In this document: piece by piece, positions 30,126 through 39,176 of the stretch
How positions within the stretch are numbered: position 1 is the stretch's first letter
Layout of the letters: each line of letters starts with the position of its first letter
The notes under the pieces: generated by a model
The model's input: the letters and a program-made list of their open reading frames with translations, nothing else
Database searches by the model: none
Told to the model about the DNA's origin: nothing
From: Acidimicrobiia bacterium
GTDB lineage: Bacteria; Actinomycetota; Acidimicrobiia; Spongiisociales; ZC4RG35
DNA: 64,000 bases
Assembly: GCA_965215185.1 (NCBI GenBank)
Contig: OZ244034.1
Location: 256,001-320,000, forward strand
Reading direction: 5' to 3'
Translations under genes and position numbers: made by a program

Positions 30126-30646
30126 TTATTTCATCTCCCTGTGCTAAGATTTGGAAGGCTAGTTCATCGGTGTCGATTGTCCCTGTGAGGTGTCGGAACC
30201 TGTACCCGTTTCTGTACCGTTATTGTAAGTGCCCTTCAGTGACGCCTCCTGCCACCGCATGACACAACCCCCACCACAAACACACCGCTAACAGGGCAAA
30301 CAAAGACCCATAGAGACGAAATAGCACGGGAAACAGCTAGCGCGCGCGTACTCCCTCTCCGCTCAACCCGGCGCGGTTCACTGGCACTCGAAACACCAGT
30401 TAGGAGTGCCTGTTCAACGCCTCTGGCGTAGGGCAGGGGACAGTTTCATGCTCCGGATGCTGGGACGTGTCGGGAATGAATCGATGGCAACACGTTTCCG
30501 TTCTTGTATCCTCCATCCGGAATTGGGCGATGCGGCTGTTGAAGCCATCCGGCAGATCAACAATTCGTATCTCGCCTTAGGATGTCCTATTTCTGAGATG
30601 TAGCGACACCTCGGTCACCAACTGGACCAAGAGCATGCACATTTGA

Positions 30647-31630
30647 TCACGGTTTTAGGTAGTGAGCCCATTGTTCCATGATCGGTCGTTGTGCTTCGAG
30701 GAGGTCGCTTCTGGCGTAGGCGCCTTCTACGCCTCCCACGGTGTGTGCCAGTGCCGCCTCGGCTATCTCGCGAGGCACTCCCGAGTCTCTACACCAGTCA
30801 CGGAAGGATGATCGCATTCCGTGTGGAACGGCTTCGATCCCGTTTTCATGAACCAGTTTGGAGATCGTTGAGTTGGATAGTGGCTTTCCTGTGGGTGATG
30901 GGAATACCAACCCGGTTGCGTCTGTGAGGTCGGCAGCATCGTTGATGATGTTCCGTGCCGGCCTGCTTAGGGGCACCCGATGCGGGCGACCGGTTTTGGT
31001 TCGTTTGCTGGGAATTTCCCATGTGTCCGTGGTGAGGTTGATCTCGTTCCATGTGGCGTTTCGGACTTCGCCGCTTCTGGTTGCTGTCAGGGTCAGGATT
31101 TTGAAGGCGGCGATGGTTGCCCAATGGGCGTTTGACGCTTCGATGGTTTTGATGGCGGCGCCGACGTTGCTGTGGTGCAGGGCTCGCATGTGGTTGCGGC
31201 GGGTGCTGTTCTTGCCTAGCCCGGCGAGAATGGCCGCGCTGGGATCCGACTCCGAGAAACCCTCCGCGATCGCCCATTTCATGATGTCTTTGCTGGTGAC
31301 CTCGTCGACCTGTTTGCGTCCGATGTGGGGGAACACATAGGTTTGCAGGCTCGATTCCCAGATTCTTCGGCTCCGGCTTCCCGGTCGCCATTTTCCGGAG
31401 TGCAGTTCGATCACTTTGGCGGCTGCTTGTTGGAAGGTCGGTGTTCGGCCTGATCGCGGGTTGTGGCCTTCTTCAACGGACTGCCGGTTTCTCAGGGCCC
31501 GTCTTCGGGCTTCGGCCAGTGTGACGGCGGGATAGCTGCCTAGTCCCAGGTTGGTTTCCCGCCCGTTGATGCGTATTCGCTGGCTCCAGGTCTTCGAGAA
31601 CCGACCCCCGATGTTGGTGGTTTTGACCAG
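30647..31630 (-). pseudogene. P4-type integrase copy, 5'-truncated with an in-frame internal deletion
   Basis: Near-identical to 25901..27055 but lacks the first ~33 codons and the segment CLTPIW...RTGTIMK. Confidence 0.9.
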
Positions 31631-31890
31631 CACCTCATCCAGATAACTCAGGCGCCAGGTGGTACGTTGGGCGCGCCACCAGGAACCGGAACACTCCATC
31701 CCAAGCATCCCGGTCCACCAACCCGCCCATCACCGGTGAGGCGGACCCGCCTCACCGGTTGAAGGCCAGGGAAAAATGCCGCTTGGCTGGGCCACCCTCG
31801 GGAGTGAAGTGGATCCGCGGGAAGAGACCTAGCACCAGGGAGGGTGACGCTCCGACCATGGCGGCGGCTACCGCGGCGAGCCCCGCGGCA
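31631..31890 (-). pseudogene. fused remnants of a nucleoside phosphorylase and an MFS transporter paralogous to 40635..42655
   Basis: 31631-31687 matches 41274-41330 (GSWWRAQRTxWRLSYLDEV); 31688-31890 matches about 41536-41745 (SLVLGLFPRI...LAFN..GGSASPVMGGLVDRDAWDGV). Confidence 0.85.
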
Positions 31891-31959
31891 AAGTTAGGTG
31901 TTTGGAATAGGCCTGAATGGAACGGGAAGAACGCTTTCACCACGACTGGGGTTGGGGTC

Positions 31960-32277
31960 TCAGTGTGCAGGTCCGGTGAGGGCGCTCTCGATGATTTCGG
32001 TCGCAACCGTATTTTCGCATTCCCGCCAGTCTGTGTAGTTGAGCTTGCGGAGTCGGGACCAGTGGTTTTCGAGTTGCTCGAGATCGGGGAAGGTCCAGAT
32101 TTCCAGATGCTCTTGTCGGGACTGGCCGCGGATGGAGAGAGGGCCCATACGAGTGGCGCCGGTATCGATTGAATCGGAGGCGGTTTTCTCCCAACTGGCG
32201 AGCATCTGGTCGCGTGCCGGCCGGGTCTGCTGGTACCAGCCGGGGCGTGGACGGTAGGTGTGTAGCCAGGTGATCAC
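31960..32277 (-). CDS. small hypothetical protein, chlorite dismutase/darcynin-like ferredoxin-fold pattern
   Basis: GTG overlaps the upstream TGA; YRPRPGWYQQTRPARDQM and EIWTFPDLEQL pattern. Confidence 0.6.
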   Translation of the reverse strand: MITWLHTYRPRPGWYQQTRPARDQMLASWEKTASDSIDTGATRMGPLSIRGQSRQEHLEIWTFPDLEQLENHWSRLRKLNYTDWRECENTVATEIIESALTGPAH

Positions 32278-32930
32278 GAGAGCTTTGCCTCCAATCGGTC
32301 GAGGGCGATCGGACGCCCGATGAGATGGTATGAGGTGGTGAACATGAAATCGTCCTGGATTTCGTGGCCGTGCATGGCTTTGGTGAGGGTATGCAAGTCC
32401 GGCACTTCCCACAACGCAGCATGGTCCCAGTCTGACGTTGCCCCGACGTCGAAGCGGCCGAAGATGTCGCATCCCAGTTCGACGTCGTACTCGAAGGCGA
32501 CGTCGCAGTCGAGATCGTAGGCGGCGCGCTCGTCGGTTGATGCCCTGTGCCAGGCATCGTTCCAATCCCAGAGGGCGAGGAATCCGAGGCCTTGATCGAA
32601 CGGCCCATCTCCCAGGGACGGGGGGATGTCGCGGGGGCCCACGATCCACTGGGTTCGTTCGAACATCTGCCCCCAATCCGCTTCCATGAGTTCGGTGATT
32701 CCGCGGTGGGCTTCGTCGAGATTCGGAGCTTCGAACAGGCCGAACGCCGCCGCCTTGTGGAACGGCTCGGACCAGTAGATGGTGGGTGTGCTCGCTTGCC
32801 GGCGACCGGCGATGTGTTGGGGATCGAGCAGCCAACCGGCATCGCCGAGACCCTCGAGAGTTCGTGATAGGTGGCGGGCAGTGGCCGGGAACCGTAGTTC
32901 GTCGGCTATGAAAGTTACACCTGTCGTCAT
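32274..32930 (-). CDS. hypothetical protein with duplicated DABB/chlorite-dismutase-like pattern
   Basis: ATGA overlap with the permease stop; repeated GLFEAPNL / ALWEVPDL and WNDAWHRASTDERAAY. Confidence 0.65.
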   Translation of the reverse strand: MTTGVTFIADELRFPATARHLSRTLEGLGDAGWLLDPQHIAGRRQASTPTIYWSEPFHKAAAFGLFEAPNLDEAHRGITELMEADWGQMFERTQWIVGPRDIPPSLGDGPFDQGLGFLALWDWNDAWHRASTDERAAYDLDCDVAFEYDVELGCDIFGRFDVGATSDWDHAALWEVPDLHTLTKAMHGHEIQDDFMFTTSYHLIGRPIALDRLEAKLS

Positions 32931-33763
32931 TTGAGAGATCCTTCCGTTCTGTTCCGGATCAAATACCGTTCCAGCATGATCCCGAGGACCGCTGCCGGAA
33001 TCAGATTGGTGAGGGTGAGGGCGGAGAGCTGGTCCCATTGGGCTCCGAATGAAGTGATGCGTGAGGCCAGAAGCAGGGGAACGGTGGTGGCTCCCTGGAA
33101 GGTGAGCATCAGGGCAAAAAGATATTCGTTCCAGGCGAAGACGAAAGCGAACAACAGTGACCCGACCAGGCCGGGAACGGCCAGTGGAAGCGAGATGCGA
33201 AAGAAGGTGTCGGCGGCGGATGCGCCGTCCACCGCCGCGCTCTCATCCAACTCCAGCGGCACCTGGGCAAAGGCGTCGCGCATGATCCAGACGGTGAATG
33301 GGATGGCGAAACCGGTATAGGCGATGGTGAGCCCCAGTTGTGTGTCCAACAGCGAAAGCCATCGGAACATTAGGAGGAATGCCAGCACGATCGCTACCGG
33401 TGGGAGCATGCGCTGGGAGATGAACCAGAAGGCGATGTCCTCGTTCTTCCAGAATCGCCACCGGTACTCAAAGCGCGTCAGGCCATATCCTGCCCCGGCG
33501 CCCAGCAGGGTGGCGATGAGGGCACTGCCCCCGGAAACTATCAGGCTGTTGACGAGTGCTCTGATGACGTCCGCCCTTGCTTCGGACAGCAACCAGCGCC
33601 AGCCATCGAGGGTGGGGAGGAAGTCCACCCACGGCAGGTAGGTGGGATTGACGCTGATATCGAGTTGGGTTTTGAAAGAAGTGATCACGATCCAGTAGAG
33701 GGGGAACAGGGTGATGAACGCCGCCACTGCTATGAACGCCCGTGTGATCCAATGACCCTTCAT
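32927..33763 (-). CDS. carbohydrate ABC transporter permease (MalG-like)
   Basis: PLYWIVITSFK, RMLPP, EAA loop ELDESAAVDGAS and FAWNEYLFA. Confidence 0.93.
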   Translation of the reverse strand: MKGHWITRAFIAVAAFITLFPLYWIVITSFKTQLDISVNPTYLPWVDFLPTLDGWRWLLSEARADVIRALVNSLIVSGGSALIATLLGAGAGYGLTRFEYRWRFWKNEDIAFWFISQRMLPPVAIVLAFLLMFRWLSLLDTQLGLTIAYTGFAIPFTVWIMRDAFAQVPLELDESAAVDGASAADTFFRISLPLAVPGLVGSLLFAFVFAWNEYLFALMLTFQGATTVPLLLASRITSFGAQWDQLSALTLTNLIPAAVLGIMLERYLIRNRTEGSLK

Positions 33764-34683
33764 GTGTATCGCTCTGATACGCGGCGACTGATATATAGTG
33801 CTGCGAAGCTGACTGCGATCACGACGAACAGCAGTACGTAGGCGGCCGAAGCCGCATAGGCCAGGTCTCCTTGCTTGGCGCCGATGTTGTAGACATAGGC
33901 AGTCACCGATTCGGTGGCGCGGCCTGGACCGCCGCCGGTCACCACCCGGATGATGTCGATGATCTTGAATGCTTCCAGGGCCCGGATCAGTATCGCGGTG
34001 ACGCTGATCGGGAGCAGAAGCGGGAAAACAATGAAACGGAAGATCTGCCATTCGCTGGCGCCGTCGGCCCGGGCCGCTTCGAGCGGCTCGGAAGGGATGC
34101 CCTGCAGACCGGCCAGTATCAGGAGCATCACCAGTGGTGTCCATTGCCATGTATCGACCAGGATGATGGTCACCTTCGCCATGGTGGGGGAGGTGACCCA
34201 CGCGACGGCTGGTAGGCCCACCGCCTGGAGAATGTCGTTGACCGGTCCGAAGCCTTCGCTGAACACCATCCGGCCGATGATGAAGCCCACGGCGATCGGG
34301 CTGACCATCATCGGCAGGAGAAAGAGGATTCGCATCAAACGCTGTTCCCGCAGTCCTCGGTTGAGCGCCACCGCCAATGCCAGGCCGAACACGTATTGCA
34401 GCGCCACGCCGCCACCCACGAAGATCATGGTGTTGAGCAGCGTTACCCGCAGGGCCTCGTCCGAGAGGATCCGCTCCCAATTCTGCAGACCGATGAAGCG
34501 AAGCGGGACTCGCCGGAAGAGATTGACGTTGGTGAATGTGATACCCAGCGAGAAGACAAGCGGGAAGATGCTCAGGGCGAGCACCGCTGTCGTCGCGGGC
34601 GAGATGAACCAGCGTGGCGCGTTACCGGTCCGTCCCAGCGGTGTGCTGGGACGGACCGGTGCGCGAGTGGTTGTTGTCGTCAG
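33760..34683 (-). CDS. carbohydrate ABC transporter permease (MalF-like); start uncertain (CTG 34683 or GTG 34584)
   Basis: FIGLQNW, LLPMMVSP, DTWQWTP, LEAARADGAS and TGGGPG. Confidence 0.9.
   Translation of the reverse strand: MTTTTTRAPVRPSTPLGRTGNAPRWFISPATTAVLALSIFPLVFSLGITFTNVNLFRRVPLRFIGLQNWERILSDEALRVTLLNTMIFVGGGVALQYVFGLALAVALNRGLREQRLMRILFLLPMMVSPIAVGFIIGRMVFSEGFGPVNDILQAVGLPAVAWVTSPTMAKVTIILVDTWQWTPLVMLLILAGLQGIPSEPLEAARADGASEWQIFRFIVFPLLLPISVTAILIRALEAFKIIDIIRVVTGGGPGRATESVTAYVYNIGAKQGDLAYAASAAYVLLFVVIAVSFAALYISRRVSERYT
34624..34660. repeat. perfect 16-bp hairpin just downstream of the SBP gene
   Basis: ACCGGTCCGTCCCAGC-ggtgt-GCTGGGACGGACCGGT. Confidence 0.85.
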
Positions 34684-36176
34684 CCGGTGATACCCAAGGA
34701 CTCGCGGTAGATCCGCAGTTGCTCATCACGATCGAAGCGGTCGGTGATGGCTTCCCACTCCGCCGCGGCCTTGTCGAGTGCTGCTTGGGCGCTGGCCTGA
34801 CCGGAGAGGGCCTCCGACACTGCCAGCTCCAATGCGTCCTTGTATTCGGGGAACCCGGGCAGCCTCATGTCGAACACCGCGTTGGGATGATCGAGCGATG
34901 CCCGGATGGCATCGGTATAGGCCTTTGCCTCTGCTTCGGGCCATCCTGCGTTCACCCAGAGCGAAGGCTCGAGCGTGGCCGTCGTCCCCGGATTGACTCC
35001 GGTTCCGGCCGTCACCGCCGCCTCGCCGAGGACCTCGGGGCTTCCCAGGAAGGATGCCAGGTCGAAAGCGGCAGCAAGGTTGTTGGACGTATTGGGAACC
35101 AGGTTGAACCATCCACCAAAGCCGAGGAACGGGGCCTTGTTCGGTCCGGAACCCGCAACCCATTGCCCGGCGGCGGGATCCCAGTATTCGTCAGCGCCGG
35201 GGGCGATGCCATATCCGACCGCGCCTTCCACAACTGACGCCTCGGGGTCCTTGGACATGGGGCCGATGTCGCCCCACTGGATGTCCTGGGCAGCGATACC
35301 GCCCACAAAACTCAGGGCGTTTTCGATCCAGCCAAAGTTGAGCATTCCCGGTGGCCCGTACTGTATGACGGCGTCCCAATCTTCGAGTGCACGGACAAAG
35401 CCTGGGTTGTTGATACGAGCGTTCATTGTCTCGGGATCAAAGAAGAAACCCGGATCGGTAGGAGCTTTGGCGTATCCCGCTGCTCGAGTCATGAAACCGT
35501 TCCAACCTTGGTTGTTGCGCATGGGCAACTCCACCAGGCCGTATGCGTCGCCTTGAGCGGACCATGCGGTTTCGGTGAAGAACTTGGCGATGGAGGCGTA
35601 CTCACTCCAAGAGTCAGCCGGCTCGAGAGCCTGGCCGGTGGCCGCCTGGTACTCATCGGCGTACTCCTCGAATGCATCGGCGCGCCAGTAATACATGAGA
35701 ACGTCGCCGTCCCAGGGCATCCCGTAGGCGACCCCGCCGAACGACAGCTGATTTGACCGGAAGATCGGCAGGATGCCTTCCCAGTCGGCACGCTGCTGAG
35801 CCCACTCCGGAGCGGGAGCCATAAACCCGCCGCCCATCAGATCACCGCCCAGGTTCGAGCCGATGTTTATCACATCGGCGATGAAGGTATCGGTGGCGAG
35901 CGCGGCCAGCACTTTGTCGTTGAGTTCGCCAAACGGGATCTCGTCGACCCGGACGGTGGCGCCGGTCTCGGCCGCCCATACGTCCGCCTTCTCCTTCATG
36001 TAGCCGAGCTGGCCGGCAGGACCGGCTACGACCACTTCGACGCCATCGAAGCGCCCTTGCTCGGTGCCCGGATCGTCGATCTCGCCGCCGGCGTCGCTAT
36101 CTGAGTCGCCGCATGATGCGGCGACTCAGAGCCAGGATGGCAATTAGTGCGGTTACAACCGCAGATTACGTTTCAC
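34680..36176 (-). pseudogene. sugar ABC transporter substrate-binding lipoprotein with a frameshifted signal peptide (mature part intact)
   Basis: SBP_bac_1-like body (YGMPWDGD..YWRAD, FGGW). GTG 36176 with AAAGGAG RBS is in frame with the body but is interrupted by TAA/TAA/TGA in the signal region. Confidence 0.8.
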
Positions 36177-36200
36177 TGTTTTTCTCCTTTGTCTTGTTTT

Positions 36201-37046
36201 TCACGTTCTATTCCTTACACTCCGCACGACCTCCATCAGCCTCTTGGCTATTGCAAGGTCGACCGGGTTCCACCAAACGCCTCCGGTTTTCAGCGAACTG
36301 CCCACAATTGCACCGTCCGCGACCGAGAGCAATTCGGCTGCGTTATCCACATCCAGGCCACTTCCCACGATGACCGGAAGTGAGGTGCCCGCCTGGATGG
36401 CGCGAACCTCGCCGGTCTCGGTTGGTGATCCGGTGCGCTGGCCGCTGGCGATCAGTAGATCGGCATCGAAGAACTCGGCGTCACGGGCCTGCTCTTCAAC
36501 CGCCCGATCGGCGGTGATGGCATGCGCTCCGAACTTGACGTGGACATCGGCGAAGACGGCCACGTCGCGGGCGCCGATCGCTGACCGATAACGAAGAGCG
36601 GCCCCGGCAGGGCCGTTGAGGATCCCTTCGTTGGCCACGTAGGCGTTGACCCACTGGTTCGCTCGAATCCAGCGAGCACCAACTGCTTTGGCGATGGCCA
36701 GGGCAGGTATGACCCCGTTGGCAACGCATGTGATCCCGATCGGGAGGTCCACGGCATCGCCAACCCGCAGACAGGCCGCAGTCAAGGCAGCGACCGTCTC
36801 GGGTCCGATCGACTCGGGCCGAGCGAAGGGAAGGTCGAAGGCGTTCTCGACGATGATTCCGTCGATGCCGGCTTCAGACATGGTTCGTGCGTCGGCGACC
36901 CCTGCTGCGTAGATGTCTTCGACCGGTTGTCCGTCGTATCGGGGTGCACCGGGAAGCGGCGCGAGATGGATCATCCCGATGATCGGTTTCGGTTGATCGA
37001 AGATAGCTGCCAGGGGATCAGGCTTTTGGGGTAGCAAAGAACTCAC
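36201..37046 (-). CDS. BtpA/SgcQ family TIM-barrel protein
   Basis: IIGMIHLAPLPGAP, IVEN.FD.PF, ADVHVK, SGQRTG, VGSG and DGAIVGSSLK. Confidence 0.92.
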   Translation of the reverse strand: MSSLLPQKPDPLAAIFDQPKPIIGMIHLAPLPGAPRYDGQPVEDIYAAGVADARTMSEAGIDGIIVENAFDLPFARPESIGPETVAALTAACLRVGDAVDLPIGITCVANGVIPALAIAKAVGARWIRANQWVNAYVANEGILNGPAGAALRYRSAIGARDVAVFADVHVKFGAHAITADRAVEEQARDAEFFDADLLIASGQRTGSPTETGEVRAIQAGTSLPVIVGSGLDVDNAAELLSVADGAIVGSSLKTGGVWWNPVDLAIAKRLMEVVRSVRNRT

Positions 37047-37945
37047 GAGATGCCCCTGCGCTGGGTCCGCAGCAACGGATCGATCTCATCTCGGTGTGGA
37101 AACGATGCGAGTGCCCCCAGCGTTCGGCATGCCAGCGCTGCGACGAGAACTCCGACTTCCAGTGCTTCGACGACCGTTGAGCCCGTGGTTCGAGCCCAGA
37201 TGTATCCAGCGGCAAAGCCGTCGCCGGCACCGGTCGTATCGACCGCGTCGACAGGGTGGGCAGGGATCCGTCCCGAATTCCCCTCCGACCGGAAGACGAT
37301 ACCCCCAGATCCCTCGGTGACCACTGCGTGACGACCGCCAAGTGGCCCGGACAGCACATCGAGAGCACCCTCGGCAGAGTCAGCCAGCAGATCCCTGGTC
37401 CGGGCATTGGCGATCAGCGTGTCAGCGCCCTTGGTCACCGCGGCGATGTCGGTCGGATCGGAGGGAAGGCACGCCGGCTCGAGATCAACCGAGAACGGGA
37501 CCCCCAGCGACCGCCACCGGCCGGTGACCTGCGCCGCAGCAGCCAGATCGAAGGGAACCGTGTGACCCCACTCGCTTAGGCCCAGTGTGGCTTTTTCGGG
37601 GTAGAGGCCGGGTGTCACCGCCACCACCATCCGTTTTTCAGGTGAGTCGTCGGTGATCAGCGACATTGTGAAATAGGTAGAGATTGAGGTGTCGACCACA
37701 ACGCTAGTGGCTTCCACGGCTTCGCGCCCCAGTGTCTCCAGGATCATCGAACCGAATGCGTCTTGACCGATGCGGGCGTGGAGCGCCACTTGCGAACCCA
37801 GCCGGGCCAGGGCGACCGCCACGTTGAGCGCCACCCCTCCCGGGCTCACGACCACCTGTTGAGTGTGCACCTTCTGGTCCGGTTCCGGCACGGCAGGAAC
37901 CGACAGGACCAAGTCGACACAAGCGTCTCCCACCACGTCGATCAT
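37043..37945 (-). CDS. PfkB family carbohydrate kinase
   Basis: PGGVALNVAVALARLG, IGQDAFG and VDTTGAGDGFAAG; ATGA overlap with GntR. Confidence 0.92.
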   Translation of the reverse strand: MIDVVGDACVDLVLSVPAVPEPDQKVHTQQVVVSPGGVALNVAVALARLGSQVALHARIGQDAFGSMILETLGREAVEATSVVVDTSISTYFTMSLITDDSPEKRMVVAVTPGLYPEKATLGLSEWGHTVPFDLAAAAQVTGRWRSLGVPFSVDLEPACLPSDPTDIAAVTKGADTLIANARTRDLLADSAEGALDVLSGPLGGRHAVVTEGSGGIVFRSEGNSGRIPAHPVDAVDTTGAGDGFAAGYIWARTTGSTVVEALEVGVLVAALACRTLGALASFPHRDEIDPLLRTQRRGIS

Positions 37946-38688
37946 GGGCGCTGCAACTCCACTCGGAAGCGATACCGGTCGGCTCGGTACCACAGGCGAA
38001 CCCATTCAACTGGCCTCTGGGACCGATCGAGGGACAGGCGGGTCGCCCGGAGGAGAGGTGATCCCTCCGCCACCTCCAGCAGGCCGGCACGGATGTGATC
38101 GGCGGGAACGGCTTCGATGGTCTCCTCCGCCGTGGCTGGATGGGAGGCCGTCCGTTCCTCCATCGTCTTGTAGAGCGACTTGTTGTGGAGGTCGGTGGCG
38201 GTGAACTCCTCGTTTCCCATCACCCAGATAGGCAGATATCCGTGTTGAACCGCCATCGGGGTGTTGTCGGCGAGGAGGAGACGCTGGACCTCCATCAGGT
38301 CCTCGCCTTCGGCGCCCAGGGCCGACGCAACGTCCGAGGGTCCAGAAACGATCCGCACTGAGAGGGTGTGCGCGGAAGGGATGAAGCCCCGGCTGGCCAT
38401 GTCCTCGTGGAAACCTGCCAGACGGGTGACTGGCCGCTCGAAGCTACGTTGGGCGACGAAGGTGCCCCGTCCTGGGATCCGTTCGACCAAGCCCTGGTCA
38501 CCCAGCCGTTCGAAGGCGGTGCGGACCGTGATCCGGCTGACACCAAAGAATTCGGTGAGTTCGTTTTCGGTCGGCAGTTGCTCACCTGGCGCCCACTCTC
38601 CCAGGTCGATAGCGTGTCGGAGTTGCTCTTTGATCTGGAACCACAGTGGAAGGGGGCCGCGTTGGAGATGCCGATCGAGGTGACCAAT
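37942..38688 (-). CDS. GntR family regulator (HutC/UTRA); no canonical in-frame start for the HTH part
   Basis: The frame is open upstream of 38490, giving PLWFQIKEQL..QLPTENELTEFFGVSRITVRTA, then GRGTFV and a UTRA domain. The first candidate start is ATT at 38688. Confidence 0.85.
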   Translation of the reverse strand: MGHLDRHLQRGPLPLWFQIKEQLRHAIDLGEWAPGEQLPTENELTEFFGVSRITVRTAFERLGDQGLVERIPGRGTFVAQRSFERPVTRLAGFHEDMASRGFIPSAHTLSVRIVSGPSDVASALGAEGEDLMEVQRLLLADNTPMAVQHGYLPIWVMGNEEFTATDLHNKSLYKTMEERTASHPATAEETIEAVPADHIRAGLLEVAEGSPLLRATRLSLDRSQRPVEWVRLWYRADRYRFRVELQRP

Positions 38689-38691
38689 GAA

Positions 38692-38707
38692 GTCATTATA
38701 TTATGAC
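38692..38707. promoter_or_regulatory. putative HutC-type GntR operator overlapping a TATAAT -10 box
   Basis: Near-palindrome GTCATTATATTATGAC; minus-strand TATAAT at 38700-38695. Confidence 0.6.
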
Positions 38708-39176
38708 AAATAGGTTTTCAACAAGCGGCAGTCGCCTTGAAAGCGCTGAATGCCGGGGCTTCCCACCGTTAGTTGCCCAACACTAGGTTGCCCCCGGCCC
38801 GGGCCAGTAGCGACATTGATTCGGATGCTGAGGCTCTGCCAGTCTGGATTTCGGGGAGGGCATTCTCCTACTCTGAGCCTTACTTCTTCCAGATGGCGTT
38901 GAGCTTCTCCGCTTGAGATCCTCGAAGCACTTGCCTGGCGGAGGCCAGACACACTCGAAGCCGTCCACCTAACAGTTGTTTCACTTGCTGGCAGAAACCC
39001 ACCGCAGGCCCTGGTTGGTGATGCTTTTCCTTGTTTGACCGGGGGGTGTCGTGTCCGCTGTTTGGGGAGTAGGCTTGGCGTTCGATGCCATACGATGACC
39101 CGGCCAGCCTCGCCACGTCAGCGGCAACTTTGACTGCCTTGGTTCTGACCGCCTACTAAGAGGTCCGAGCCGAATA

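Noticed and set aside
27220-30370. Complete tRNA or tmRNA genes near the integrases
   Set aside because: Only 12-14-nt 3'-end-like fragments; no cloverleaf or T-loop GGTTCGA context.
25901-31630. Prophage
   Set aside because: No structural, packaging, replication or lysis genes; integrases only.
33764-34480. N-terminal extensions in the ORF track (32927..34480; likewise 31960..32835, 6111..7559, 5071..6408, 22293..22973)
   Set aside because: The extensions overlap real upstream genes in another frame; starts at ATGA/GTGA overlaps or RBS-linked codons fit better.
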